Assembly: GCA_964016885.1 (NCBI GenBank)
Contig: OZ024742.1
Location: 342,922,001-342,986,000 of the forward strand
Reading direction: 5' to 3'
Length of the DNA: 64,000 bases
Source: Eledone cirrhosa
Taxonomy: Eukaryota
Part shown: piece by piece, positions 14,601-28,600 of the stretch
Position numbering within the stretch: the first letter of the stretch is position 1
Layout: each line of letters opens with the position of its first letter
Made by a program: the position numbers and the translations under genes
The notes under the pieces: model-generated
Told to the model about the DNA's origin: nothing
The model's database searches: none
The model's input: only the letters and a program-made list of their open reading frames with translations

Positions 14601-17099
14601 GATCTCCAGTGGTCTGAAGTATGTGATCTACAGTGGTATGAAGTATGTGATATCCTGTGGTATGAAGTATGTGATCTCCAGTGGTATGAAGTATGTCAGC
14701 TCCAGTGGTATGAAGTATGTGATCTCCTGTGGTATGAAGTATGTGATCTACAGTGGTATGAAGTATGTGATCACCAGTGGTATGAAGTATGTGATCTACA
14801 GTGGTATGAAGTATGTGATATCCTGTGGTATGAAGTATGTGATCTCCAGTGGTATGAAGTATGTCAGCTCCAGTGGTATGAAGTATGTGATCTCCAGTGG
14901 TATGAAGTATGCGATCTACAGTGGTATGAAGTATGTGATCTCCTGTGGTATGAAGTATGTGATCTACAGTGGTATGAAGTATGTTAGCTCCTGTGGTATG
15001 AAGTATGTGATCTCCAGTGGTATGAAGTATGTGATCTAAAGTGGTATGAAGTATGTGATCTACAGTGGTATGAAGTATGTGATCTACAGTGGTATGAAGT
15101 ATGTAATATCCTGTGATATGAAGTATGTGATATCCTGTGGTATGAAGTATGTGATATCCTGTGGTATGAAGTATGTGATCTCCAGTGGTATGAAGTATGT
15201 CAGCTCCAGTGGTATGAAGTATGTGATCTCCAGTAGTATGAAGTATGTCAGCTCCAGTGGTATGAAGTATGTGATCTACAGTGGTATGAAGTATGTCAGC
15301 TCCAGTGGTATGAAGTATGTGATCTACAGTGGTATGAAGTATGTAATCTACAGTGGTATGAAGTATGTGATCTCCAGTGGTATGAAGTATGTGATCTCCT
15401 GTCGTATGAAATATGTCAGCTCCAGTGGTATGAAGTATGTGATCTCCAGTGGTATGAAGTATGTGATCTCCAGTGGTATGAAATTTGTGATCTACAGTGG
15501 TATGAAGTATGTGATCTCCAGTGGTATGAAGTATGTGATCTCCAGTGATATGAAATATGTCATATCCTGTGGTATGAAGTATGTGATCTCCAGTGGTATG
15601 AAGTATGTCAACTCCAGTGGTATGAAGTATGTGATCTCCAGTGGTATGAAGTATGTCAGCTCCAGTGGTATGAAGTATGTGATCTCCAGTGGTATGAAGT
15701 ATGTGATCTCCAGTGGTATGAAATATGTGATCTACAGTGGTATGAAGTATGTTAGCTCCAGTGGTATGAAGTATGTGATCTACAGTGGTATGAAGTATGT
15801 CAGCTCCAGTGGTATGAAGTATGTGATCTCCAGTGGTATGAAGTATGTGATCTCCTGTGGTATGAAGTATGTGATCTACAGTGGTATGAAGTATGTGATC
15901 TACAGTGGTATGAAGTATGTGATCTACAGTGGTATGAAGTATGTGATCTACAGTGGTATGAAGTATGTGATCTACAGTGGTATGAAGTATGTCAGCTCCA
16001 GTGGTATGAAGTATGTGATCTACAGTGGTATGAAGTATGTGATCTACAGTGGTATGAAGTATGTGATCTACAGTGGTATGAAGTATGTGATCTACAGTGG
16101 TATGAAGTATGTGATCTACAGTGGTATGAAGTATGTGATCTACAGTGGTATGAAGTATGTGATCTACAGTGGTATGAAGTATGTGATCTACAGTGGTATG
16201 AAGTATGTGATCTACAGTGGTATGAAGTATGTCAGCTCCAGTGGTATGAAGTATGTGATCTACAGTGGTATGAAGTATGTGATCTACAGTGGTATGAATT
16301 ATGTTATCTACAGTGGTATAAAGTATGTCAGCTCCAGTGGTATGAAGTATGTGATCTACAGTGGTATGAAGTATGTGATCTACAGTGGTATGAAGTATGT
16401 CAGCTCCAGTGGTATGACGTATGTGATCTACAGTGGTATGAAGTATGTGATCTACAGTGGTATGAATATGTGATCTACAGTGGTATGATGTATGTGATCT
16501 CCAGTAGTATGAAGTATGTGATCTACAGTGGTATGAAGTATGTGATCTCCAGTGGTATGAAGTATGCGATCTACAGTGGTATGAAGTATGTGATCTCCTG
16601 TGGTATGAAGTATGTGATCTACAGTGGTATGAAGTATGTTAGCTCCTGTGGTATGAAGTATGTGATCTCCAGTGGTATGAAGTATGTGATCTAAAGTGGT
16701 ATGAAGTATGTGATCTACAGTGGTATGAAGTATGTGATCTACAGTGGTATGAAGTATGTAATATCCTGTGATATGAAGTATGTGATATCCTGTGGTATGA
16801 AGTATGTGATATCCTGTGGTATGAAGTATGTGATCTCCAGTGGTATGAAGTATGTCAGCTCCAGTGGTATGAAGTATGTGATCTCCAGTAGTATGAAGTA
16901 TGTCAGCTCCAGTGGTATGAAGTATGTGATCTACAGTGGTATGAAGTATGTCAGCTCCAGTGGTATGAAGTATGTGATCTACAGTGGTATGAAGTATGTA
17001 ATCTACAGTGGTATGAAGTATGTGATCTCCAGTGGTATGAAGTATGTGATCTCCTGTCGTATGAAATATGTCAGCTCCAGTGGTATGAAGTATGTGATC

Positions 17100-20000
17100 T
17101 CCAGTGGTATGAAGTATGTGATCTCCAGTGGTATGAAATTTGTGATCTACAGTGGTATGAAGTATGTGATCTCCAGTGGTATGAAGTATGTGATCTCCAG
17201 TGATATGAAATATGTCATATCCTGTGGTATGAAGTATGTGATCTCCAGTGGTATGAAGTATGTCAACTCCAGTGGTATGAAGTATGTGATCTCCAGTGGT
17301 ATGAAGTATGTCAGCTCCAGTGGTATGAAGTATGTGATCTCCAGTGGTATGAAGTATGTGATCTCCAGTGGTATGAAATATGTGATCTACAGTGGTATGA
17401 AGTATGTTAGCTCCAGTGGTATGAAGTATGTGATCTACAGTGGTATGAAGTATGTCAGCTCCAGTGGTATGAAGTATGTGATCTCCAGTGGTATGAAGTA
17501 TGTGATCTCCTGTGGTATGAAGTATGTGATCTACAGTGGTATGAAGTATGTGATCTACAGTGGTATGAAGTATGTGATCTACAGTGGTATGAAGTATGTG
17601 ATCTACAGTGGTATGAAGTATGTGATCTACAGTGGTATGAAGTATGTGATCTACAGTGGTATGAAGTATGTGATCTACAGTGGTATGAAGTATGTGATCT
17701 ACAGTGGTATGAAGTATGTGATCTACAGTGGTATGAAGTATGTCAGCTCCAGTGGTATGAAGTATGTGATCTACAGTGGTATGAAGTATGTGATCTACAG
17801 TGGTATGAATTATGTTATCTACAGTGGTATAAAGTATGTCAGCTCCAGTGGTATGAAGTATGTGATCTACAGTGGTATGAAGTATGTGATCTACAGTGGT
17901 ATGAAGTATGTCAGCTCCAGTGGTATGACGTATGTGATCTACAGTGGTATGAAGTATGTGATCTACAGTGGTATGAATATGTGATCTACAGTGGTATGAT
18001 GTATGTGATCTCCAGTAGTATGAAGTATGTGATCTACAGTGGTATGAAGTATGTGACCTACAGTGGTATGAAGTATGTGATCTACAGTGGTATGAAGTAT
18101 GTGATCTACAGTGGTATGAAGTATGTGATCTACAGTGGTATGAAGTATGTCAGCTCCAGTGGTATGAAGTATGTGATCTACAGTGGTATGAAGTATGTGA
18201 TCTACAGTGGTATGAAGTATGTGATCTACAGTGGTATGAAGTATGTGATCTACAGTGGTATGAAGTATGTGATCTACAGTGGTATGAAGTATGTGATCTA
18301 CAGTGGTATGAAGTATGTGATCTACAGTGGTATGAAGTATGTGATCTACAGTGGTATGAAGTATGTGATCTACAGTGGTATGAAGTATGTCAGCTCCAGT
18401 GGTATGAAGTATGTGATCTACAGTGGTATGAAGTATGTGATCTACAGTGGTATGAATTATGTTATCTACAGTGGTATAAAGTATGTCAGCTCCAGTGGTA
18501 TGAAGTATGTGATCTACAGTGGTATGAAGTATATGATCTACAGTGGTATGAAGTATGTCAGCTCCAGTGGTATGACGTATGTGATCTACAGTGGTATGAA
18601 GTATGTGATCTACAGTGGTATGAATATGTGATCTACAGTGGTATGATGTATGTGATCTCCAGTAGTATGAAGTATGTGATCTACAGTGGTATGAAGTATG
18701 TGATCTACAGTGGTATGAAGTATGTGATCTACAGTGGTATGAAGTATGTGATCTACAGTGGTATGAAGTATGTGATCTACAGTGGTATGCAGTATGTGAT
18801 CTACAGTGGTATGAAGTATGTGATCTACAGTGGTATGAAGTATGTGATCTACAGTGGTATGAAGTATGTGATCTACAGTGGTATGAAGTATGTGATATCC
18901 TGTGGTATGAAGTATGTGATCTCCTGTGGTATGAAGTATGTGATATCCTGTGGTATGAAGTATGTGATATCCAGTGGTATGAAGTATGTGATCTACAGTG
19001 GTATGAAGTATGTGATCTACAGTGGTATGAAGTATGTGATATCCTGTGGTATGAAGTATGTGATCTCCAGTGGTATGAAGTATGTGATATCCTGTGGTAT
19101 GAAGTATGTGATATCCTGTGGTATGAAGTATGTGATCTACAGTGGTATGAAGTATGTGATATCCTGTGGTATGAAGTATGTGATCTCCAGTGGTATGAAG
19201 TATGTGATACCCTGTGGTATGAAGTATGTGATATCCTGTGGTATGAAGTATGTGATCTACAGTGGTATGATGTATGTAATCTCCAGTGGTATGAAGTATG
19301 TGATCTACAGTGGTATGATGTATGTAATCTCCAGTGGTATGAAGTATGTGATCTCCAGTGGTATGAAGTATGTTATCTCCAGTGGTATGAAGTATGTGAT
19401 CTCCAGTGGTATGAAGTATGTGAACTCCAGTGGTATGAAGTATGTAATCTCCAGTGGTATGAAGTATGTGATTGTGGTATGAAGTATGTGATCTCCAGTA
19501 GTATGAAGTATTTTAGCTCCAGTGGTATGAAGTATGTCAGCTCCAGTGGTATGAAGTATGTGATGTCCTGTGGTATGAAGTATGTGATCTACAGTGGTAT
19601 GAAGTATGTCATCTCCAGTGGTATGAAGTATGTCATCTCCAGTGGTATGAAGTATGTGATCTCCAGTGGTATGAAGTATGTGATCTCCAGTGGTATGAAG
19701 TATGTGATATCCAGTGGTATGAAGTATGTGATCTACAGTGGTATTAAGTATGTGATCTCCAGTGGTATGAAGTATGTGATATGCAGTGGTATGAAGTATG
19801 TGATCTACAGTGGTATGAATATGTCAGCTCCAGTGGTATGAAGTATGTGATCTCCTGTGGTATGAAGTATGTGATCTACAGTGGTATGAAGTATGTGATC
19901 TCCAGTGGTATGAAATTTGTGATCTACAGTGGTATGAAGTATGTGATCTCCAGTGGTATGAAGTATGTGATCTCCAGTGATATGAAATATGTCATATCCT

Positions 20001-22680
20001 GTGGTATGAAGTATGTGATCTCCAGTGGTATGAAGTATGTCAACTCCAGTGGTATGAAGTATGTGATCTCCAGTGGTATGAAGTATGTCAGCTCCAGTGG
20101 TATGAAGTATGTGATCTCCAGTGGTATGAAGTATGTGATCTCCAGTGGTATGAAATATGTGATCTACAGTGGTATGAAGTATGTTAGCTCCAGTGGTATG
20201 AAGTATGTGATCTACAGTGGTATGAAGTATGTCAGCTCCAGTGGTATGAAGTAAGTGATCTCCAGTGGTATGAAGTATGTGATCTCCTGTGGTATGAAGT
20301 ATGTGATCTACAGTGGTATGAAGTATGTGATCTACAGTGGTATGAAGTATGTGATCTACAGTGGTATGAAGTATGTGATCTACAGTGGTATGAAGTATGT
20401 GATCTACAGTGGTATGAAGTATGTGATCTACAGTGGTATGAAGTATGTGATCTACAGTGGTATGAAGTATGTGATCTACAGTGGTATGAAGTATGTGATC
20501 TACAGTGGTATGAAGTATGTCAGCTCCAGTGGTATGAAGTATGTGATCTACAGTGGTATGAAGTATGTGATCTACAGTGGTATGAATTATATTATCTACA
20601 GTGGTATAAAGTATGTCAGCTCCAGTGGTATGAAGTATGTGATCTACAGTGGTATGAAGTATGTGATCTACAGTGGTATGAAGTATGTCAGCTCCAGTGG
20701 TATGACGTATGTGATCTACAGTGGTATGAAGTATGTGATCTACAGTGGTATGAATATGTGATCTACAGTGGTATGATGTATGTGATCTCCAGTAGTATGA
20801 AGTATGTGATCTACAGTGGTATGAAGTATGTGACCTACAGTGGTATGAAGTATGTGATCTACAGTGGTATGAAGTATGTGATCTACAGTGGTATGAAGTA
20901 TGTGATCTACAGTGGTATGAAGTATGTCAGCTCCAGTGGTATGAAGTATGTGATCTACAGTGGTATGAAGTATGTGATCTACAGTGGTATGAAGTATGTG
21001 ATCTACAGTGGTATGAAGTATGTGATCTACAGTGGTATGAAGTATGTGATCTACAGTGGTATGAAGTATGTGATCTACAGTGGTATGAAGTATGTGATCT
21101 ACAGTGGTATGAAGTATGTGATCTACAGTGGTATGAAGTATGTGATCTACAGTGGTATGAAGTATGTCAGCTCCAGTGGTATGAAGTATGTGATCTACAG
21201 TGGTATGAAGTATGTGATCTACAGTGGTATGAATTATGTTATCTACAGTGGTATAAAGTATGTCAGCTCCAGTGGTATGAAGTATGTGATCTACAGTGGT
21301 ATGAAGTATGTGATCTACAGTGGTATGAAGTATGTCAGCTCCAGTGGTATGACGTATGTGATCTACAGTGGTATGAAGTATGTGATCTACAGTGGTATGA
21401 ATATGTGATCTACAGTGGTATGATGTATGTGATCTCCAGTAGTATGAAGTATGTGATCTACAGTGGTATGAAGTATGTGATCTACAGTGGTATGAAGTAT
21501 GTGATCTACAGTGGTATGAAGTATGTGATCTACAGTGGTATGAAGTATGTGATCTACAGTGGTATGCAGTATGTGATCTACAGTGGTATGAAGTATGTGA
21601 TCTACAGTGGTATGAAGTATGTGATCTACAGTGGTATGAAGTATGTGATCTACAGTGGTATGAAGTATGTGATATCCTGTGGTATGAAGTATGTGATCTC
21701 CTGTGGTATGAAGTATGTGATATCCTGTGGTATGAAGTATGTGATATCCAGTGGTATGAAGTATGTGATCTACAGTGGTATGAAGTATGTGATCTACAGT
21801 GGTATGAAGTATGTGATATCCTGTGGTATGAAGTATGTGATCTGCAGTGGTATGAAGTATGTGATATCCTGTGGTATGAAGTATGTGATATCCTGTGGTA
21901 TGAAGTATGTGATCTACAGTGGTATGAAGTATGTGATATCCTGTGGTATGAAGTATGTGATCTCCAGTGGTATGAAGTATGTGATACCCTGTGGTATGAA
22001 GTATGTGATATCCTGTGGTATGAAGTATGTGATCTACAGTGGTATGATGTATGTAATCTCCAGTGGTATGAAGTATGTGATCTACAGTGGTATGATGTAT
22101 GTAATCTCCAGTGGTATGAAGTATGTGATCTCCAGTGGTATGAAGTATGTTATCTCCAGTGGTATGAAGTATGTGATCTCCAGTGGTATGAAGTATGTGA
22201 ACTCCAGTGGTATGAAGTATGTAATCTCCAGTGGTATGAAGTATGTGATTGTGGTATGAAGTATGTGATCTCCAGTAGTATGAAGTATTTTAGCTCCAGT
22301 GGTATGAAGTATGTCAGCTCCAGTGGTATGAAGTATGTGATGTCCTGTGGTATGAAGTATGTGATCTACAGTGGTATGAAGTATGTCATCTCCAGTGGTA
22401 TGAAGTATGTCATCTCCAGTGGTATGAAGTATGTGATCTCCAGTGGTATGAAGTATGTGATCTCCAGTGGTATGAAGTATGTGATATCCAGTGGTATGAA
22501 GTATGTGATCTACAGTGGTATTAAGTATGTGATCTCCAGTGGTATGAAGTATGTGATATGCAGTGGTATGAAGTATGTGATCTACAGTGGTATGAATATG
22601 TCAGCTCCAGTGGTATGAAGTATGTGATCTCCTGTGGTATGAAGTATGTGATCTACAGTGGTATGAAGTATGTGATCTCC
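17100..22680. repeat. 2777-bp tandem duplication, each copy holding a 647-bp (27-monomer) internal duplication
   Basis: Offsets of 2777 for 17981/20758, 18628/21405, 19479/22256. Shared rare variants GTGACCTAC (about 18053/20830) and GATACCCT (about 19206/21983). Offsets of 647 for 17981/18628 and 20758/21405. Confidence 0.85.
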
Positions 22681-25600
22681 AGTGGTCTGAAGTATGTGAT
22701 CTACAGTGGTATGAAGTATGTGATATCCTGTGGTATGAAGTATGTGATCTCCAGTGGTATGAAGTATGTCAGCTCCAGTGGTATGTAGTATGTGATCTCC
22801 TGTGGTATGAAGTATGTGATCTACAGTGGTATGAAGTATGTGATCTCCAGTGGTATGAAGTATGTGATCTACAGTGGTATGAAGTATGTGATATCCTGTG
22901 GTATGAAGTATGTGATCTCCAGTGGTATGAAGTATGTCAGCTCCAGTGGTATGAAGTATGTGATCTCCAGTGGTATGAAGTATGCGATCTACAGTGGTAT
23001 GAAGTATGTGATCTCCTGTGGTATGAAGTATGTGATCTACAGTGGTATGAAGTATGTTAGCTCCTGTGGTATGAAGTATGTGATCTCCAGTGGTATGAAG
23101 TATGTGATCTAAAGTGCTATGAAGTATGTGATCTACAGTGGTATGAAGTATGTGATCTACAGTGGTATGAAGTATGTAATATCCTGTGATATGAAGTATG
23201 TGATATCCTGTGGTATGAAGTATGTGATATCCTGTGGTATGAAGTATGTGATCTCCAGTGGTATGAAGTATGTCAGCTCCAGTGGTATGAAGTATGTGAT
23301 CTCCAGTAGTATGAAGTATGTCAGCTCCAGTGGTATGAAGTATGTGATCTACAGTGGTATGAAGTATGTCAGCTCCAGTGGTATGAAGTATGTGATCTAC
23401 AGTGGTATGAAGTATGTAATCTACAGTGGTATGAAGTATGTGATCTCCAGTGGTATGAAGTATGTGATCTCCTGTCGTATGAAATATGTCAGCTCCAGTG
23501 GTATGAAGTATGTGATCTCCAGTGGTATGAAGTATGTGATCTACAGTGGTATGAAATTTGTGATCTACAGTGGTATGAAGTATGTGATCTCCAGTGGTAT
23601 GAAGTATGTGATCTCCAGTGATATGAAATATGTCATATCCTGTGGTATGAAGTATGTGATCTCCAGTGGTATGAAGTATGTCAACTCCAGTGGTATGAAG
23701 TATGTGATCTCCAGTGGTATGAAGTATGTCAGCTCCAGTGGTATGAAGTATGTGATCTCCAGTGGTATGAAGTATGTGATCTCCAGTGGTATGAAATATG
23801 TGATCTACAGTGGTATGAAGTATGTTAGCTCCAGTGGTATGAAGTATGTGATCTACAGTGGTATGAAGTATGTCAGCTCCAGTGGTATGAAGTATGTGAT
23901 CTCCAGTGGTATGAAGTATGTGATCTCCTGTGGTATGAAGTATGTGATCTACAGTGGTATGAAGTATGTGATCTACAGTGGTATGAAGTATGTGATCTAC
24001 AGTGGTATGAAGTATGTGATCTACAGTGGTATGAAGTATGTGATCTACAGTGGTATGAAGTATGTCAGCTCCAGTGGTATGAAGTATGTGATCTACAGTG
24101 GTATGAAGTATGTCAGCTCCAGTGGTATGAAGTATGTGATCTCCAGTGGTATGAAGTATGTGATCTTCAGTGGTATGAAGTATGTGATCTCCATTGGTAT
24201 GAAGTATGTGATCTACAGTGGTATGAAGTATGTGATCTACAGTGGTATGAATATGTGATCTACAGTGGTATGAAGTATGTGATCTCCAGTAGTATGAAGT
24301 ATGTGATCTACAGTGGTATGAAGTATGTGATCTACAGTGGTATGAAGTATGTGATCTACAGTGGTATGAAGTATGTGATCTACAGTGGTATGAAGTATGT
24401 GATCTACAGTGGTATGCAGTATGTGATCTACAGTGGTATGAAGTATGTGATCTACAGTGGTATGAAGTATGTGATCTACAGTGGTATGAAGTATGTCAGC
24501 TCCAGTGGTATGAAGTATGTGATCTACAGTGGTATGAAGTATGTGATATCCTGTGGTATGAAGTATGTGATCTCCTGTGGTATGAAGTATGTGATATCCT
24601 GTGGTATGAAGTATGTGATATCCAGTGGTATGAAGTATGTGATCTACAGTGGTATGAAGTATGTGATCTACAGTGGTATGAATTATGTGATATCCTGTGG
24701 TATGAAGTATGTGATCTCCAGTGGTATGAAGTATGTGATATCCTGTGGTATGATGTATGTGATATCCTGTGGTATGAAGTATGTGATCTACAGTGGTATG
24801 AAGTATGTGATATCCTGTGGTATGAAGTATGTGATCTCCAGTGGTATGAAGTATGTGATATCCTGCGGTATGAAGTATGTGATATCCTGTGGTATGAAGT
24901 ATGTGATCTACAGTGGTATGATGTATGTAATCTCCAGTGGTATGAAGTATGTGATCTACAGTGGTATGATGTATGTAATCTCCAGTGGTATGAAGTATGT
25001 GATCTCCAGTGGTATGAAGTATGTGATCTCCAGTGGTATGAAGTATGTGATCTCCAGTGGTATGAAGTATGTGAACTCCAGTGGTATGAAGTATGTAATC
25101 TCCAGTGGTATGAAGTATGTGATTGTGGTATGAAGTATGTGATCTCCAGTAGTATGAAGTATTTCAGCTCCAGTGGTATGAAGTATGTGATATCCTGTGG
25201 TATGAAGTATGCGATCTCCAGTGGTATGAAGTATGTGATCTCCAGTGGTATGAAGTATGTCATCTCCAGTGGTATGAAGTATGTGATCTCCAGTGGTATG
25301 AAGTATGTGATCTCCAGTGGTATGAAGTATGTGATATGCAGTGGTATGAAGTATGTGATCTACAGTGGTATGAAGTATGTGATCTCCAGTGGTATGAAGT
25401 ATGTGATATCCAGTGGTATGAAGTATGTGATCTACAGTGGTATGAATATGTCAGCTCCAGTGGTATGAAGTATGTGATCTCCTGTGGTATGAAGTATGTG
25501 ATCTACAGTGGTATGAAGTATGTGATCTCCAGTGGTCTGAAGTATGTGATCTACAGTGGTATGAAGTATGTGATATCCTGTGGTATGAAGTATGTGATCT

Positions 25601-28600
25601 CCAGTGGTATGAAGTATGTCAGCTCCAGTGGTATGAAGTATGTGATCTCCTGTGGTATGAAGTATGTGATCTACAGTGGTATGAATTATGTGATCACCAG
25701 TGGTATGAAGTATGTGATCTACAGTGGTATGAAGTATGTGATATCCTGTGGTATGAAGTATGTGATCTCCAGTGGTATGAAGTATGTCAGCTCCAGTGGT
25801 ATGAAGTATGTGATCTCCAGTGGTATGAAGTATGCGATCTACAGTGGTATGAAGTATGTGATCTCCTGTGGTATGAAGTATGTGATCTACAGTGGTATGA
25901 AGTATGTTAGCTCCTGTGGTATGAAGTTCGTGATCTCCAGTGGTATGAAGTATGTGATCTAAAGTGGTATGAAGTATGTGATCTACAGTGGTATGAAGTA
26001 TGTGATCTACAGTGGTATGAAGTATGTAATATCCTGTGATATGAAGTATGTGATATCCTGTGGTATGAAGTATGTGATATCCTGTGGTATGAAGTATGTG
26101 ATCTCCAGTGGTATGAAGTATGTCAGCTCCAGTGGTATGAAGTATGTGATCTCCAGTAGTATGAAGTATGTCAGCTCCAGTGGTATGAAGTATGTGATCT
26201 ACAGTGGTATGAAGTATGTCAGCTCCAGTGGTATGAAGTATGTGATCTACAGTGGTATGAAGTATGTAATCTACAGTGGTATGAAGTATGTGATCTCCAG
26301 TGGTATGAAGTATGTGATCTCCTGTCGTATGAAATATGTCAGCTCCAGTGGTATGAAGTATGTGATCTCCAGTGGTATGAAGTATGTGATCTCCAGTGGT
26401 ATGAAATTTGTGATCTACAGTGGTATGAAGTATGTGATCTCCAGTGGTATGAAGTATGTGATCTCCAGTGATATGAAATATGTCATATCCTGTGGTATGA
26501 AGTATGTGATCTCCAGTGGTATGAAGTATGTCAACTCCAGTGGTATGAAGTATGTGATCTCCAGTGGTATGAAGTATGTCAGCTCCAGTGGTATGAAGTA
26601 TGTGATCTCCAGTGGTATGAAGTATGTGATCTCCAGTGGTATGAAATATGTGATCTACAGTGGTATGAAGTATGTTAGCTCCAGTGGTATGAAGTATGTG
26701 ATCTACAGTGGTATGAAGTATGTCAGCTCCAGTGGTATGAAGTATGTGATCTCCAGTGGTATGAAGTATGTGATCTCCTGTGGTATGAAGTATGTGATCT
26801 ACAGTGGTATGAAGTATGTGATCTACAGTGGTATGAAGTATGTGATCTACAGTGGTATGAAGTATGTGATCTACAGTGGTATGAAGTATGTGATCTACAG
26901 TGGTATGAAGTATGTCAGCTCCAGTGGTATGAAGTATGTGATCTACAGTGGTATGAAGTATGTCAGCTCCAGTGGTATGAAGTATGTGATCTCCAGTGGT
27001 ATGAAGTATGTGATCTTCAGTGGTATGAAGTATGTGATCTCCATTGGTATGAAGTATGTGATCTACAGTGGTATGAAGTATGTGATCTACAGTGGTATGA
27101 AGTATGTGATCTACAGTGGTATGAAGTATGTGATCTACAGTGGTATGAAGTATGTGATCTACAGTGGTATGAAGTATGTCAGCTCCAGTGGTATGAAGTA
27201 TGTGATCTACAGTGGTATGAAGTATGTGATCTACAGTGGTATGAATTATGTTATCTACAGTGGTATAAAGTATGTCAGCTCCAGTGGTATGAAGTATGTG
27301 ATCTACAGTGGTATGAAGTATGTGATCTACAGTGGTATGAAGTATGTGATATCCTGTGGTATGAAGTATGTGATCTCCTGTGGTATGAAGTATGTGATAT
27401 CCTGTGGTATGAAGTATGTGATATCCAGTGGTATGAAGTATGTGATCTACAGTGGTATGAAGTATGTGATCTACAGTGGTATGAATTATGTGATATCCTG
27501 TGGTATGAAGTATGTGATCTCCAGTGGTATGAAGTATGTGATATCCTGTGGTATGATGTATGTGATATCCTGTGGTATGAAGTATGTGATCTACAGTGGT
27601 ATGAAGTATGTGATATCCTGTGGTATGAAGTATGTGATCTCCAGTGGTATGAAGTATGTGATATCCTGTGGTATGAAGTATGTGATATCCTGTGGTATGA
27701 AGTATGTGATCTACAGTGGTATGATGTATGTAATCTCCAGTGGTATGAAGTATGTGATCTACAGTGGTATGATGTATGTAATCTCCAGTGGTATGAAGTA
27801 TGTGATCTCCAGTGGTATGAAGTATGTGATCTCCAGTGGTATGAAGTATGTGATCTCCAGTGGTATGAAGTATGTGAACTCCAGTGGTATGAAGTATGTA
27901 ATCTCCAGTGGTATGAAGTATGTGATTGTGGTATGAAGTATGTGATCTCCAGTAGTATGAAGTATTTCAGCTCCAGTGGTATGAAGTATGTGATATCCTG
28001 TGGTATGAAGTATGCGATCTCCAGTGGTATGAAGTATGTGATCTCCAGTGGTATGAAGTATGTCATCTCCAGTGGTATGAAGTATGTGATCTCCAGTGGT
28101 ATGAAGTATGTGATCTCCAGTGGTATGAAGTATGTGATATCCAGTGGTATGAAGTATGTGATCTACAGTGGTATGAAGTATGTGATCTCCAGTGGTATGA
28201 AGTATGTGATATCCAGTGGTATGAAGTATGTGATCTACAGTGGTATGAATATGTCAGCTCCAGTGGTATGAAGTATGTGATCTCCTGTGGTATGAAGTAT
28301 GTGATCTACAGTGGTATGAAGTATGTGATCTCCAGTGGTCTGAAGTATGTGATCTACAGTGGTATGAAGTATGTGATATCCTGTGGTATGAAGTATGTGA
28401 TCTCCAGTGGTATGAAGTATGTCAGCTCCAGTGGTATGAAGTATGTGATCTCCTGTGGTATGAAGTATGTGATCTACAGTGGTATGAATTATGTGATCAC
28501 CAGTGGTATGAAGTATGTGATCTACAGTGGTATGAAGTATGTGATATCCTGTGGTATGAAGTATGTGATCTCCAGTGGTATGAAGTATGTCAGCTCCAGT

